The notes under the pieces were generated by a model. The model was not told the origin of the DNA. It made no database searches and saw only the letters and a program-made list of their open reading frames with translations. Source: Candidatus Kapaibacterium sp. (lineage in GTDB: Bacteria; Bacteroidota; Ignavibacteria; Kapaibacteriales; UBA2268). Taken from it: a DNA stretch of 64,000 nucleotides. Made by a program: the position numbers and the translations under genes. This document shows positions 41,930 to 52,005 of this stretch, in pieces; the stretch's first letter is position 1, and every line of letters begins with the position of its first letter. The stretch spans positions 96,001 to 160,000 of the forward strand of contig OY762428.1 in assembly GCA_963665665.1 (NCBI GenBank), read 5' to 3'.

Positions 41930-42340
41930 CCGACCACCTCCTTCGGAAGGAGGGAAAAAGCTCCGTAGGATCGGAATTTTTGTAGATAATATTTACATAA
42001 CGAATATTAAAAGCTCCGCAGGAGCGACACAATCTTTTGCCAATGTCGCCCCTAAGGGGCTGTTGTTCATCCCGGGATCGATTTTCTACAAAAATGTCGC
42101 GGCTACGCCGCTTTCGGGATGGCTGATTTTATACTCCTTCCCAAGCCCCGCTTGGGAAGGCAAATACCACTGGGAAAAAAAGAAAACATCACATCTAAGC
42201 AGGGGCTTAGATGCGAGTATAAGGGCGGGGTGGATTCTTCGGTCGCAAGCTCCGGAAGCCTGCCCCTGCCTGCACCGATTTATCGGTGACGTGTCGGGGA
42301 AAGACAACATTAACTGTCCTCCGAAGGACGGGGAATGAAA
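41930..42340. repeat. REP-like palindromic mosaic
   Basis: AGCTCCGTAGGA.CG units, ATGTCGCCCCT..GGGGCT, TCCTTCCCAAGCCCCGCTTGGGAAGG, GGATTCTTCGGTCGCAAGCTCC; shared with 45780-46140 and 59480-60430. Confidence 0.8.
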
Positions 42341-42515
42341 ATTCTGCAATTATTCTTTTCAAAACAGAATAATATCATTTTATCATAGGGATACAAAATA
42401 TTAATTTCCTGCAAAACAAGTTTGAAAAATGATTTATATTTTGATTATGCGGATGATTTTATTATTTTGTTGATAAATGCTTTTGGGATTTAATACATTT
42501 TTCCAGGGAGGAATA

Positions 42516-43835
42516 ATGGCTCGTTCAATCTTATTTTTTGTTTTATTTTCAATATTTTTTAATCCTGTATTTGCCGAAAAGATCTGCCGCAAACATAACG
42601 TAATTACTGATGGATTCATTGAAATGGGTGAAAATTTTGGTAATAAATTGCAAGTGGTAAGTACCTCGTTCAACACCAAAGACGATGAAAGAAACCCTCA
42701 GCCATTCAAATACGGCGCTGCTATGTACTTCATTTCAGACCGCGTAGGCTCTCATGCAAGAAATAATAATGATGAAAGATATGAAGAAGCCTGGTATTCT
42801 GAAATATCATATACTGAAGATTCTCTGATATTTAATCCCGTTCTTTCCGGCCCCGGCAACATTGGTTCGCTGGTAAAGGGGCATGAAGGGCCATTTGGTA
42901 TTTCTCAGGACGGATCGGTTTGCTACTTAATCAGGTATACAAGGGGACGTACAAAAAAATCGTATGATATTTTTAAAAGTTCTTATGATACAAAAAAAGA
43001 TAAATGGTGTAAACCATCACATCTTGGAATTATTATTAATTCGGATATGTATGAATTAACTCCGGGGATAAATAGTGATAAAACCCGACTGTATTTTAGT
43101 TCCAACCGAAGAGGGCCAAACAGCCGCGGAGTTCATTATTTCGGAGAAAATTATGATATCTGGTATTCAGATTATTACCCGCAGACGCGTACATGGGGGG
43201 AAGCAGTTAATATAACAGATATTAATTCTGACGATGAAGATAGTTGTCCAAATATTTCTTTTGACGGAAAAACAATTGTTTTTGCATCTAAGGGCCTTGA
43301 ACCCAATTATGGCGGTTCGGATATTTATATAAGCAGGTTCGATGATTCAACAGGCAAATGGTGCAAACCAATTAATTTAGGCCCAAAAATAAACTCAGGA
43401 TCGGACGAAAACTTTCCATCACTGCTATATAACGGTGATATAATAATGTTCACCTCCAATGATGACGACAGGGACGGAGCAAAAGGAAAAACAGATATTT
43501 ATTATGCATTCCTTCCCCGCGATTGCGAGCTGTGCGGCGATAAAAACTTTTCCGAAGTTACTCCGGTTTCATTTACGAAATCGACAAAAATCCAGGTGGA
43601 AGTGCCGGATGCTTGTTTCGGAGAGTTGAATATTATTGATGAATCAGGCGAAGTCGTTAACAGGATTCACGCCGGTGAATTTAAAAAGGGCATGAATGAA
43701 TTTGAATGGAAGGGAAACACAACAAAGAAGAAATACCTTAGGAACGGAATCTATAAATCTGTTCTTACCGTTGAAATCAATAACGAATTTTATACCGAAG
43801 AAAGAATTGCCATTATCAGCGGCAGAAGAAGATAA
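42516..43835 (+). CDS. PD40/TolB-like beta-propeller protein with FlgD-Ig-like C-terminal domain
   Basis: LYFSSNR, P-IS-DGKT--FAS, NLG-KINS; G--EFEWKG...NGIY. Confidence 0.8.
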   Translation: MARSILFFVLFSIFFNPVFAEKICRKHNVITDGFIEMGENFGNKLQVVSTSFNTKDDERNPQPFKYGAAMYFISDRVGSHARNNNDERYEEAWYSEISYTEDSLIFNPVLSGPGNIGSLVKGHEGPFGISQDGSVCYLIRYTRGRTKKSYDIFKSSYDTKKDKWCKPSHLGIIINSDMYELTPGINSDKTRLYFSSNRRGPNSRGVHYFGENYDIWYSDYYPQTRTWGEAVNITDINSDDEDSCPNISFDGKTIVFASKGLEPNYGGSDIYISRFDDSTGKWCKPINLGPKINSGSDENFPSLLYNGDIIMFTSNDDDRDGAKGKTDIYYAFLPRDCELCGDKNFSEVTPVSFTKSTKIQVEVPDACFGELNIIDESGEVVNRIHAGEFKKGMNEFEWKGNTTKKKYLRNGIYKSVLTVEINNEFYTEERIAIISGRRR

Positions 43836-43859
43836 ATTATATTTTCAAGGAGCAGTGAT

Positions 43860-45176
43860 ATGCGTATTTCAATTTTCTTAGTTTTGACATTTTCCATATT
43901 ATCAGCAGAATTATCTGCGAGCGACAATATACCCGACACAATTAATATTTTAGATGGATTTGCAAAATACGGGGAAGAATTCGGAGAGAAATTCATTGTC
44001 AGGAATTTTACATTTATAAACACCTCCGGAATTGAATATGCCCCGACAATAACGGGCGGCGGAGATATTATTATTTTTATATCGAACAGGCCCGGAAGTA
44101 TTAATTCCGACGAGAAACATGGTTCTATACCTACTCATGATTTCTGGAGCGCTCCTGTTGTTTTTGATCCGGACAGAGTTTTCGACCCGGAAAAGGATAA
44201 GGTTTACACCTTCGAAAATATCAACACAAATATTAACGAAGGCGCTCCTTCTTTGAGTCCTGACGGAAAACATTTGTATTTCACGTCATGTAACAAACCA
44301 GATGGCTATGGAGCTTGTGATATTTATGTATCCGATCTGGACAGGGGTATATGGAGTGCAGGCTATCCACTTTGCTGTGATATTAATACCGAATTCTGGG
44401 AATCTGCACCCGGTGTTAGCCCTGATGCTGACCGGATTTATTTTACCAGTACCAGAAAAGGCCCAAACAGCGATGGCAAATTCGATGGAAATTATGCTGA
44501 TAAAATGGATATATGGTACTCCGACAGAACTCCCGGATCAGATTCCTGGGAAGCTGCAATAAATATGAGTGAAATAAATACCGAAGGAATGGAAGCCTAC
44601 CCGTTTATTGCTCCTGACGGAAAAACCATATTTTTTTCATCTAATGAACTTTCCCCAAATTACGGTGGATTAGACCTCTATTTCAGCAGGTTTGACGATA
44701 AGACCGGCAAATGGTCCGAACCAGTGAATCTTGGAGAACCAATTAATTCGGAGGGTAATGAATCATTTGTTACAATACCGGAAAATGGAAATATTCTTTT
44801 CTTTTCTTCAGACAGAAAAGATATCGAGGGACATAAAGGCAATCTGGATATTTATTATGCCACTTTAAATGATAATTTTGTTCAACAACACGGCAAAGTC
44901 CATCCAATATGTTTTAAAAGAAAAACTACGCTCTTTTTGGAACTTGAGAAAAAATCCGTAGTATCTGTTCTGATCAGAAATGAGCAGGACGAAACAATCA
45001 GCGAATTATTCAATGGTGATTTGGAAGCCGGCAAACATGAAATTGAATGGAAAGGTACCGACATTAAAGGAAAATACCTGAGAAATGGCGCTTACTTTTT
45101 TACCATCATGATAGACGACGGAGAAAAATCATATACCGAAAAAAGAACCGCTGTTATAGTCGGCAGGAAACGCTAA
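43860..45176 (+). CDS. PD40/TolB-like protein, tandem paralog of the previous gene
   Basis: Same repeats and near-identical C-terminus (KYLRNG-Y...YTE-R-A-I-GR-R). Confidence 0.82.
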   Translation: MRISIFLVLTFSILSAELSASDNIPDTINILDGFAKYGEEFGEKFIVRNFTFINTSGIEYAPTITGGGDIIIFISNRPGSINSDEKHGSIPTHDFWSAPVVFDPDRVFDPEKDKVYTFENINTNINEGAPSLSPDGKHLYFTSCNKPDGYGACDIYVSDLDRGIWSAGYPLCCDINTEFWESAPGVSPDADRIYFTSTRKGPNSDGKFDGNYADKMDIWYSDRTPGSDSWEAAINMSEINTEGMEAYPFIAPDGKTIFFSSNELSPNYGGLDLYFSRFDDKTGKWSEPVNLGEPINSEGNESFVTIPENGNILFFSSDRKDIEGHKGNLDIYYATLNDNFVQQHGKVHPICFKRKTTLFLELEKKSVVSVLIRNEQDETISELFNGDLEAGKHEIEWKGTDIKGKYLRNGAYFFTIMIDDGEKSYTEKRTAVIVGRKR

Positions 45177-45282
45177 TAGCATTATCAGTTGGAATTCAAC
45201 AAATAATATATTTCAAATTCCTGACTTTTTATTAAATTAACGACGGAAATATTGGAATTGTGAAATTTATCATTGTAAGAAA

Positions 45283-45741
45283 ATGAAAAGAAGAGATTTT
45301 ATTAAGGCTGGCTCCCTTGCTACAGCTTGTGTATGCATGGGAGGCATAAACTCCTGCTCGATGATTTCCGGCACATCAGATGTACAGTCTGCTCCTGCAA
45401 ATGCTTTGAGTTTTAACGATGATAGTATAATTATCGACTGCTCGAAACTGCCAAATCTGGAACATGCCGGTTTTGCTACAAAATTTCATGATGAAGAAAG
45501 GGATATCAAATACATTCTAATTTGTCCTGAAAATGGAAAGCACCTGGCATTTCTTGATAAATGCACTCATTTCGGCAGAGAGCTGAATTATGATTATCCG
45601 GGTAAAAGGCTTGAGTGTTCAAGTTTCGGGCATTCAAAATTCACACTCGAAGGAGAAAGGATAGAAGGGCCGGCCGATGGGCCACTAACTTCTGTTCCAA
45701 TAAAGAAAGAAGGAAATAGATTGATTTTAAGCAGGGTATAA
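45283..45741 (+). CDS. Tat-exported Rieske [2Fe-2S]-like (lipo)protein
   Basis: KRRDFIK Tat motif; CTHFG; ECSSFGHSKF; GPA-GPL. Confidence 0.8.
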   Translation: MKRRDFIKAGSLATACVCMGGINSCSMISGTSDVQSAPANALSFNDDSIIIDCSKLPNLEHAGFATKFHDEERDIKYILICPENGKHLAFLDKCTHFGRELNYDYPGKRLECSSFGHSKFTLEGERIEGPADGPLTSVPIKKEGNRLILSRV

Positions 45742-45777
45742 TAATTATTCAACTTCCCGACAAGCCCTGTACCAAAA

Positions 45778-46145
45778 ATGTCATTCCCCGATACTTCGGG
45801 GCAGGCTTCCTGAGCTTGCGACTGAAGAATCCATATTCCTTTGCAGGATAATAGATAAAGAATGGATACTTAGCTGCGATCAGTATGACAATCCATCCAG
45901 AGCATCGACAAATTCAATAACCAGGTGCTCTATCTCGTGGATTAAGGGTGCAACGTCCCAAAGCAAAGAGATAAAACCACCCCTTTAATCCCCTCCACCG
46001 GAGGGGAATTAACTCCATGATATGCATAAAATAAGAAAGGCGAATCCGGAAAGAACAACAGCCCCGTCGGTGAGACATTGACAAAAGATTTTGTCGCTTC
46101 TACGGAGCTTTTTCCCTCCTTCCCAAGCCCCGCTTGGTAAGGAAT
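45778..46145. repeat. REP-like palindromic mosaic
   Basis: TGTCATT...GAAGAATCC...ATGACA pair, AAACCACCCCTTTAATCCCCTCC, GTCGCTTCTACGGAGCT. Confidence 0.75.
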
Positions 46146-46327
46146 ATTTCATACAAAGTTCTACTTTGAAACTATTTTGCCTTGGCTCTTTCGGATATCT
46201 TATCCGAAAGTAATAAGGATTGGGAAATACTTTCCATATTCTGTGTCGGGATACGGATATCCCGACAAGCAGTTTTAGCCCCCATCCCAAACATTGAAAC
46301 TAAAGAAATTATTATTCAGTAAAAATA

Positions 46328-46356
46328 ATGGCTCCCGGAAAACCCTGGAGCCAATT
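46328..46356. terminator. Probable terminator downstream of porX
   Basis: TGGCTCC-N-GGAGCCA hairpin flanked by A/T runs. Confidence 0.55.
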
Positions 46357-46385
46357 TATTCATTTTAAATTTTTATTAAAAAGAA

Positions 46386-47960
46386 CTATCTCGGAGTAAG
46401 TTTTATCACCGGCAGGATCATTTCCTCAAGCGAAATACCGCCGTGCTGGAAACTGTCGCGATATTTCTGAAGGTAATGATGGTAATCAGTCGGGTAAACA
46501 AAGTAGTAATCTTCTTTGGCAACAATATTGTTTACAGTTATTCCGTGTTTTGGCAGACGGAAATCTCTCGGGTCGGATACCTGCATGGCATACCTCTTAT
46601 CTGCCTTTACGTTCTTGCCGAACTTATAGCGCAGGTTTGTAGATGTATCTCTGTCACCCAGAACTTTTACGCCTCTCATGCAGCGTATTGAACCGTGGTC
46701 GGTTGTGATCAGAACTTTTGCTCCTTTAATACCTGCAATAGTTTTAAGCATACCATGCAGGCTGGAATGTTTGAACCACGACTTTGTAAGCGAGCGATAG
46801 GCAGCCTCGTCGGGAGCAATTTCTTTTAATATGGCATAGTCAGACCTTGAATGTGCAATCATATCAACAGCATTTACAACGATCGCCGTTACTTTCGAAT
46901 TTGCATATTCCAGAATTTCTCGTTCAATTTTTTTACCGAACTCGGTTTCGAATATTTTAATAAAGTTTGATTTTCCTTCAAGATTTGTTCTTTTTCTTTT
47001 CAGCCATGTATTGAAAAGGTCTTTCTCGTAAGCGTTCAGCTTGTGTTCTTCTGTATTAATCTCGTTTTGCCAGTATTGGGGGTAATGCTTGTTAATATCA
47101 TCCGGCATCAGGCCCGCGAAAATGGCATTCCTGGCGTAAGGTGTGGCAGTAGGAAGTATTGAAGAGTAGTAGTCGATATTGAATGAATAGTAAGGGCTTA
47201 GAATTTCCTGCATAACCAGCCACTGGTCAAGCCTCATACAGTCAACAACTATAAAAAATACCGGCCCGTCGTCGTCTTTCAGCATTGGCAGCAGGTGTTT
47301 GGATGTTACCTGGTGCGAAAGCATGGGGCCATTATCGCCTTCATCGTGAATCCAGTCAATATAATTTCTTTCTACAAATTTCGAGAACTCTGAATTTCCA
47401 TTTCTCCATTGGTCCTGAAGTGTTTGTGAAAGTCCGGGTTCCTGAATATCATCAAGTTCAAGCGACCAGTTAACCAACTTAACATATATATCTTTCCACT
47501 CGTCCCAATCCATGGGCTGAAGCATTTGCCGTGAAACCTCATTAAATCCCATCAGGTAATCCTGGGTAAACTTTTCTGTTTCAATCCTTTTTGCTTCAAG
47601 GAATTTCTTGCATGCCATTAAAATCTGGGCCGGGTTAACCGGTTTGGTCAGGTAATCATCAATCTTCTGGCCTATTGCTTCTTCCATCAGGCTCTCTGCT
47701 TCATTTTTTGTAACCATAACAACCGGAGTTGCAGGGTCGGCTTCTTTTAAAAGCGGAAGGGTTTCCAGGCCACTGATGCCAACCATCATTTCATCAAGAA
47801 ATATCAGGTCGAAATGTTCATTCTTTACCATTTCCACGGCATCTTCACCATTCGAGGCTGTTGAAACATCGTAACCTCGCTGGCTCAATAAAATAGTGTG
47901 GGGCTTTAGCAGCTCAATTTCGTCATCGATCCAGAGTATTTTTCCTTTTGAATTTTCCAT
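46386..47960 (-). CDS. porX: Response regulator with PglZ/alkaline-phosphatase domain (PorX family)
   Basis: ILWIDDEI, FLDEMM, DYLTKPVNP-QI, LPTATPYARNAIF, TTDHG, FQHGGISLEEM. Confidence 0.88.
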   Translation of the reverse strand: MENSKGKILWIDDEIELLKPHTILLSQRGYDVSTASNGEDAVEMVKNEHFDLIFLDEMMVGISGLETLPLLKEADPATPVVMVTKNEAESLMEEAIGQKIDDYLTKPVNPAQILMACKKFLEAKRIETEKFTQDYLMGFNEVSRQMLQPMDWDEWKDIYVKLVNWSLELDDIQEPGLSQTLQDQWRNGNSEFSKFVERNYIDWIHDEGDNGPMLSHQVTSKHLLPMLKDDDGPVFFIVVDCMRLDQWLVMQEILSPYYSFNIDYYSSILPTATPYARNAIFAGLMPDDINKHYPQYWQNEINTEEHKLNAYEKDLFNTWLKRKRTNLEGKSNFIKIFETEFGKKIEREILEYANSKVTAIVVNAVDMIAHSRSDYAILKEIAPDEAAYRSLTKSWFKHSSLHGMLKTIAGIKGAKVLITTDHGSIRCMRGVKVLGDRDTSTNLRYKFGKNVKADKRYAMQVSDPRDFRLPKHGITVNNIVAKEDYYFVYPTDYHHYLQKYRDSFQHGGISLEEMILPVIKLTPR

Positions 47961-48360
47961 ACCGTCACCACAATTTATAACTAAATATTTTCTAATCTTT
48001 TTCCTGAACAAATATAAGCAAAAAGCCCGTAACCGGCCTGCATCTATTCAGGCATTAACCGTTTAATTGTAAATGGGTATAAAAAATTTTCAGATGCAAC
48101 AATAAAAGTCAAACATATCTATGAAAAAAAGACTGATAAGAAGTAAAATTATTTCATTTTTTATATTTGCTTCCTGTAAGCAGGTTTTTTCCCTTGTTTG
48201 GCCAAATAAAAATTTAGCTTATGAATAATTGATAAAATAATGACATTTCTATTTTTGAATTTTACATTTTTCTATTTTGTCGGATAAGTGTAATTTTGAG
48301 AGATATTATATCAAATAGTTTGAAATAAAGAATTTATTGCAATTATATCTGGAAAAATTT

Positions 48361-48807
48361 ATGATAATCGACAAAATGGAAAGAGCTGCAAAATATTACT
48401 ACCTGAATGAAAATTTTAAAACCGCATTTGAATATATAGAATCCAATGACCTTACAAAACTGGATGCCGGTGAGTACAAAATTGACGGCGATAAGGCTAT
48501 TTTGATAATTGCAGAAGACGATGCTCGTGAACATCCGGGCAACAAACTGGAAGCGCATATTAAATATATTGATATCCAGATGGTTATAGAAGGTTTCTTT
48601 GGATTGACCTGGAAAGCTCTTGAAGAATGTGAAAATATTATTTCTGAATACGATCCGGAAATTGACGCTGCTCTTTATTCTGACGAAGCTGATTTTGAAA
48701 TAGAAATACGTCCCGGCACATTTGTTGTCCTTATGCCCGAAGATGCACACTTCCCCCAACCGCCAAAATCCAAGATCAAAAAAGCAATTTTAAAGATAAT
48801 GATGTGA
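48361..48807 (+). CDS. YhcH/YjgK/YiaL (DUF386) family protein
   Basis: MIID, G-Y-IDGD, EAH-KYIDIQ, P-DAH-P. Confidence 0.88.
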   Translation: MIIDKMERAAKYYYLNENFKTAFEYIESNDLTKLDAGEYKIDGDKAILIIAEDDAREHPGNKLEAHIKYIDIQMVIEGFFGLTWKALEECENIISEYDPEIDAALYSDEADFEIEIRPGTFVVLMPEDAHFPQPPKSKIKKAILKIMM

Positions 48808-48917
48808 AATCAGGATCAGTAAACTGATATATGGTAATTAATTAAACATTTTGATTTAATTATGGTTTAGCTTATATTATCGTAATATAGGCTTTAATAA
48901 TACCTTTGGAGTTAGCC

Positions 48918-50237
48918 ATGAAAAACCTCTCAGTCTCTGTCTTCCTTATGTTCGCATATTGTTTTTTCCACACACAGGCACAGGTTATTACTGTTACCAG
49001 CTCAGGAGATTCCGGGCACGGTACTTTCCGCAATGCTATTGCATCCGCAAACCCCGGCGATGAAATTCAGTTTTCTTTGCCAACAGGTTCAACAATTAAC
49101 CTTAGTTCCGGCCCCCTTTCTATTTCAAAGTCGATAAAAATTACAGGCTCGGGAAGTAATGAATTAACTATTGATGCAAATAATTCTTCAGGAATATTTG
49201 AAATAAATAATACAAACTCGGTTGAAATATCCGGTTTAACCATTCAAAATGGTTCCGGTAGTGATGGCGGAGGAATATTACTGAACAACGCCGGAGCTTC
49301 TATTGCCGACCTTGTAATTCAGGCTTGCAGCAGTATCATTTCCGGTGGCGGGATTTTTGCAAGCAACAGTAATCTGGAGATAAGTAATTCAGAGATTTCA
49401 AATAATTCCGCCGGGCAGAATGGTGGGGGTATTATGGCTGCAAACAGCTCGTCGGTTACAATATCTGATACCAGGCTTGAAAACAACACTGCCGGTAATT
49501 CAGGCGGCGGAATTTGCTCCGGAAATAGCAGCAGCTATAGTTTGAGCGTTATGACATTCGGTTCCAACGAGGCCGGATTGGAATGCCCCACTATTTGTGT
49601 TTTAGATCCCGGAATGAGTAGCACAAAGTCGGATTCGCCGGTTTTTATTAGTTCGGGCTCTTTTGACCTTGCCGACCTTGATGATGTGGATTGTGACTGT
49701 GAGGGGCATGGCCCGCATGTTGCAACATCAAGATTCTCAACAGTCAGGTTCGAGACTAAAAGTCCGGTGGAAGTACCTTTGTATCTTGTTGGATACGGTC
49801 CAAGGCCATTGTCGGTAAATGCCCCTGCCGGAAATGTATTTACTGTAAGGCTAACCCGCTTTGATGCCCTGCCTTCCAGAGCTTACTGGGAAATTGAACA
49901 CCTCAGCGGCTCACTCGGATCCGGAGCAACCTTAGAACTTGTCTATGCCAAAGAAGATGTTCCCTCCTATTCCGGCAATATGGAGAGCGAATCCTATATA
50001 TTCAAACTCAGCAGAGGGCAGTGGTCCAATATCACTCCTTCCGGAGCAACTACAACCGACTGGTATGGCTCTTCCAGCTATTGGTCAACATCGGTAACCG
50101 GCATATCATCATTTTCAGGATTTGCACCCGTTGGTTTAAACATGGCTATTCCTGTATTGCCGGGTATAATGATATGGTTATTAATCAGCGCTTTAAGTAT
50201 CAGCGCTTTGATTATTTTATTTAAAAATTTCTCATAA
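48918..50237 (+). CDS. Secreted parallel beta-helix (pectin-lyase-fold) protein with C-terminal IPTL-like membrane anchor
   Basis: VTS-GDSG-GT-R-AI, GGGI / NNSA repeats; AIPVLP + TM + K. Confidence 0.75.
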   Translation: MKNLSVSVFLMFAYCFFHTQAQVITVTSSGDSGHGTFRNAIASANPGDEIQFSLPTGSTINLSSGPLSISKSIKITGSGSNELTIDANNSSGIFEINNTNSVEISGLTIQNGSGSDGGGILLNNAGASIADLVIQACSSIISGGGIFASNSNLEISNSEISNNSAGQNGGGIMAANSSSVTISDTRLENNTAGNSGGGICSGNSSSYSLSVMTFGSNEAGLECPTICVLDPGMSSTKSDSPVFISSGSFDLADLDDVDCDCEGHGPHVATSRFSTVRFETKSPVEVPLYLVGYGPRPLSVNAPAGNVFTVRLTRFDALPSRAYWEIEHLSGSLGSGATLELVYAKEDVPSYSGNMESESYIFKLSRGQWSNITPSGATTTDWYGSSSYWSTSVTGISSFSGFAPVGLNMAIPVLPGIMIWLLISALSISALIILFKNFS

Positions 50238-50299
50238 ATATTTGCTAATAATTCAGCTTTGGTGATATTATTCTGTTTAGAAAAATACTAATTGCAAAA

Positions 50300-50410
50300 T
50301 TGTCATTCCCCGATATATCGAGGCAGACTTTCGGAGCTTGCGACTACCGAATCCACTTGTTTTTGTATAAAACCATGAAAAATTGGCTTTTCACTTCGTT
50401 CAGAGCAACA
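50300..50410. repeat. Degenerate REP-like pair
   Basis: TGTCATTCCCCGATATATCGAGGCAGAC...GAGCTTGCGAC...GAATCC. Confidence 0.6.
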
Positions 50411-50537
50411 TTTCCCGTTTTATTTGAAGACATCTAACATATTACTATTTTACATTGTATAATAACAATATGTCAATATCTGATATTTTTCGTAGTGTTG
50501 AAATTTTGCAGCTCATTTACCGGGAAAATTAATCCGT

Positions 50538-51842
50538 TCACTCTTTGAACCTTTCCTTCCAGAGTATTTTCATTCTTCGCTGGAAACTTTCCTCCTTACC
50601 AAAATTCCCGGGCCTATAGTATGAAACAGGCCCGAAATTCTCGGGAAAATAGTTTTCTTTAATCCAGTGCCCCTCGTAATCGTGCGGATATTTATATCCT
50701 TTGCCATAGCCTTCATTCTTCATAAGTTTGGTCGGGGCATTTCGCAGGTGCATTGGCACAGTTCGCGGCACACCTCTTTTAATATCAGTTTCAGCCTGCT
50801 TAATAGCCATGTAGGATGCATTTGATTTCGCGGCGCAAGCCAGGTAGCTAACTCCCTGCGCCAGGTTAATCCTGCATTCCGGCATCCCAATACGTTCAAC
50901 CGCATCAAAAACCGAAACAGCCAGGGTAATTGCATAAGTATCTGCATTACCAATATCCTCGCTGGCAAAAATCAGCATACGCCTGGCAATAAACTTTGCG
51001 TCCTCGCCTGCGTCGAGCATTTTGGCAAGCCAGAATAGCGCAGCGTCAGGATCTGATCCCCGCAATGATTTAATAAAAGCTGAAATTGTATCATAATGGG
51101 CTTCCCCGTCTTTATCATATCTTGCAGTTTTCTGCTGCAGAGCCATTTCCAGAATATCACGATTTATCGTGGTAATACCTGAATTATCCTTTTTCGCTAT
51201 TTTTAACGAAAGGTCTATAGCATTCAGGGCCGTCCTGGCGTCCCCTCCTGAAATCTGAAGAAGAAATTCCCAGTCGTCAATTCGGACATTCTTTTCCTTT
51301 ATAATATCGTCTTCGCTTAAAGCTCTTTCAATCAACTCCCTTACATCTTCATCCGACAGAGGCCGCAGCCTGTACACCTGGCAGCGGCTAAGAAGTGCGG
51401 AATTCACTTCGAAAGACGGATTTTCCGTTGTTGCTCCTACAAGAGTGATAATTCCCCTTTCCACCGCGTGAAGTAGGGCATCCTGCTGCGATTTGTTGAA
51501 CCTGTGGATTTCATCAATAAACAGCAGAGTTTTCAATCCGAATGTAAGGTTTTCACTGGCAGTAGCAATAATCTTCCTTACTTCCCTAACTCCGGATTCC
51601 ACTGCCGAAATCCTAATAAATTCATAGTCTGACTGATTTGAGATCATAAGCGCCAGGGTTGTCTTGCCCACGCCCGGAGGCCCCCAGAAGATAATCGACG
51701 GGAAATTGCCGGATTCAAAAAAAAGCCTTAACGGAGCGCCATCGCCAACAAGGTGTTTCTGCCCTACCAGGTCGTCAATAGTAGCGGGCCTTATCCTGTC
51801 CGCCAGTGGGGGTGTTATATTCAATTTCGTATCTCTTGCCAT
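50538..51842 (-). CDS. rarA: Replication-associated recombination protein A (RarA/MgsA)
   Basis: [56 protein letters not shown]. Confidence 0.95.
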   Translation of the reverse strand: MARDTKLNITPPLADRIRPATIDDLVGQKHLVGDGAPLRLFFESGNFPSIIFWGPPGVGKTTLALMISNQSDYEFIRISAVESGVREVRKIIATASENLTFGLKTLLFIDEIHRFNKSQQDALLHAVERGIITLVGATTENPSFEVNSALLSRCQVYRLRPLSDEDVRELIERALSEDDIIKEKNVRIDDWEFLLQISGGDARTALNAIDLSLKIAKKDNSGITTINRDILEMALQQKTARYDKDGEAHYDTISAFIKSLRGSDPDAALFWLAKMLDAGEDAKFIARRMLIFASEDIGNADTYAITLAVSVFDAVERIGMPECRINLAQGVSYLACAAKSNASYMAIKQAETDIKRGVPRTVPMHLRNAPTKLMKNEGYGKGYKYPHDYEGHWIKENYFPENFGPVSYYRPGNFGKEESFQRRMKILWKERFKE

Positions 51843-51947
51843 AATCATTGCTAAAAATCATGCAATATAACACTGCCCTGATAAATTGAAAAGGTATTAA
51901 AATATTTTTATTACACTGAAAATTCAAATCACCAATCAACCTTTCAC

Positions 51948-51988
51948 AAACTAAAAAAACGGAGCCTTTGCCCCGTTTTTTTAGTTTC
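51948..51988. terminator. Probable terminator
   Basis: AAACTAAAAAAACGG-N-CCGTTTTTTAGTTT inverted repeat. Confidence 0.6.
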
Positions 51989-52005
51989 ATTGTTTGTTGA
52001 TGTTT

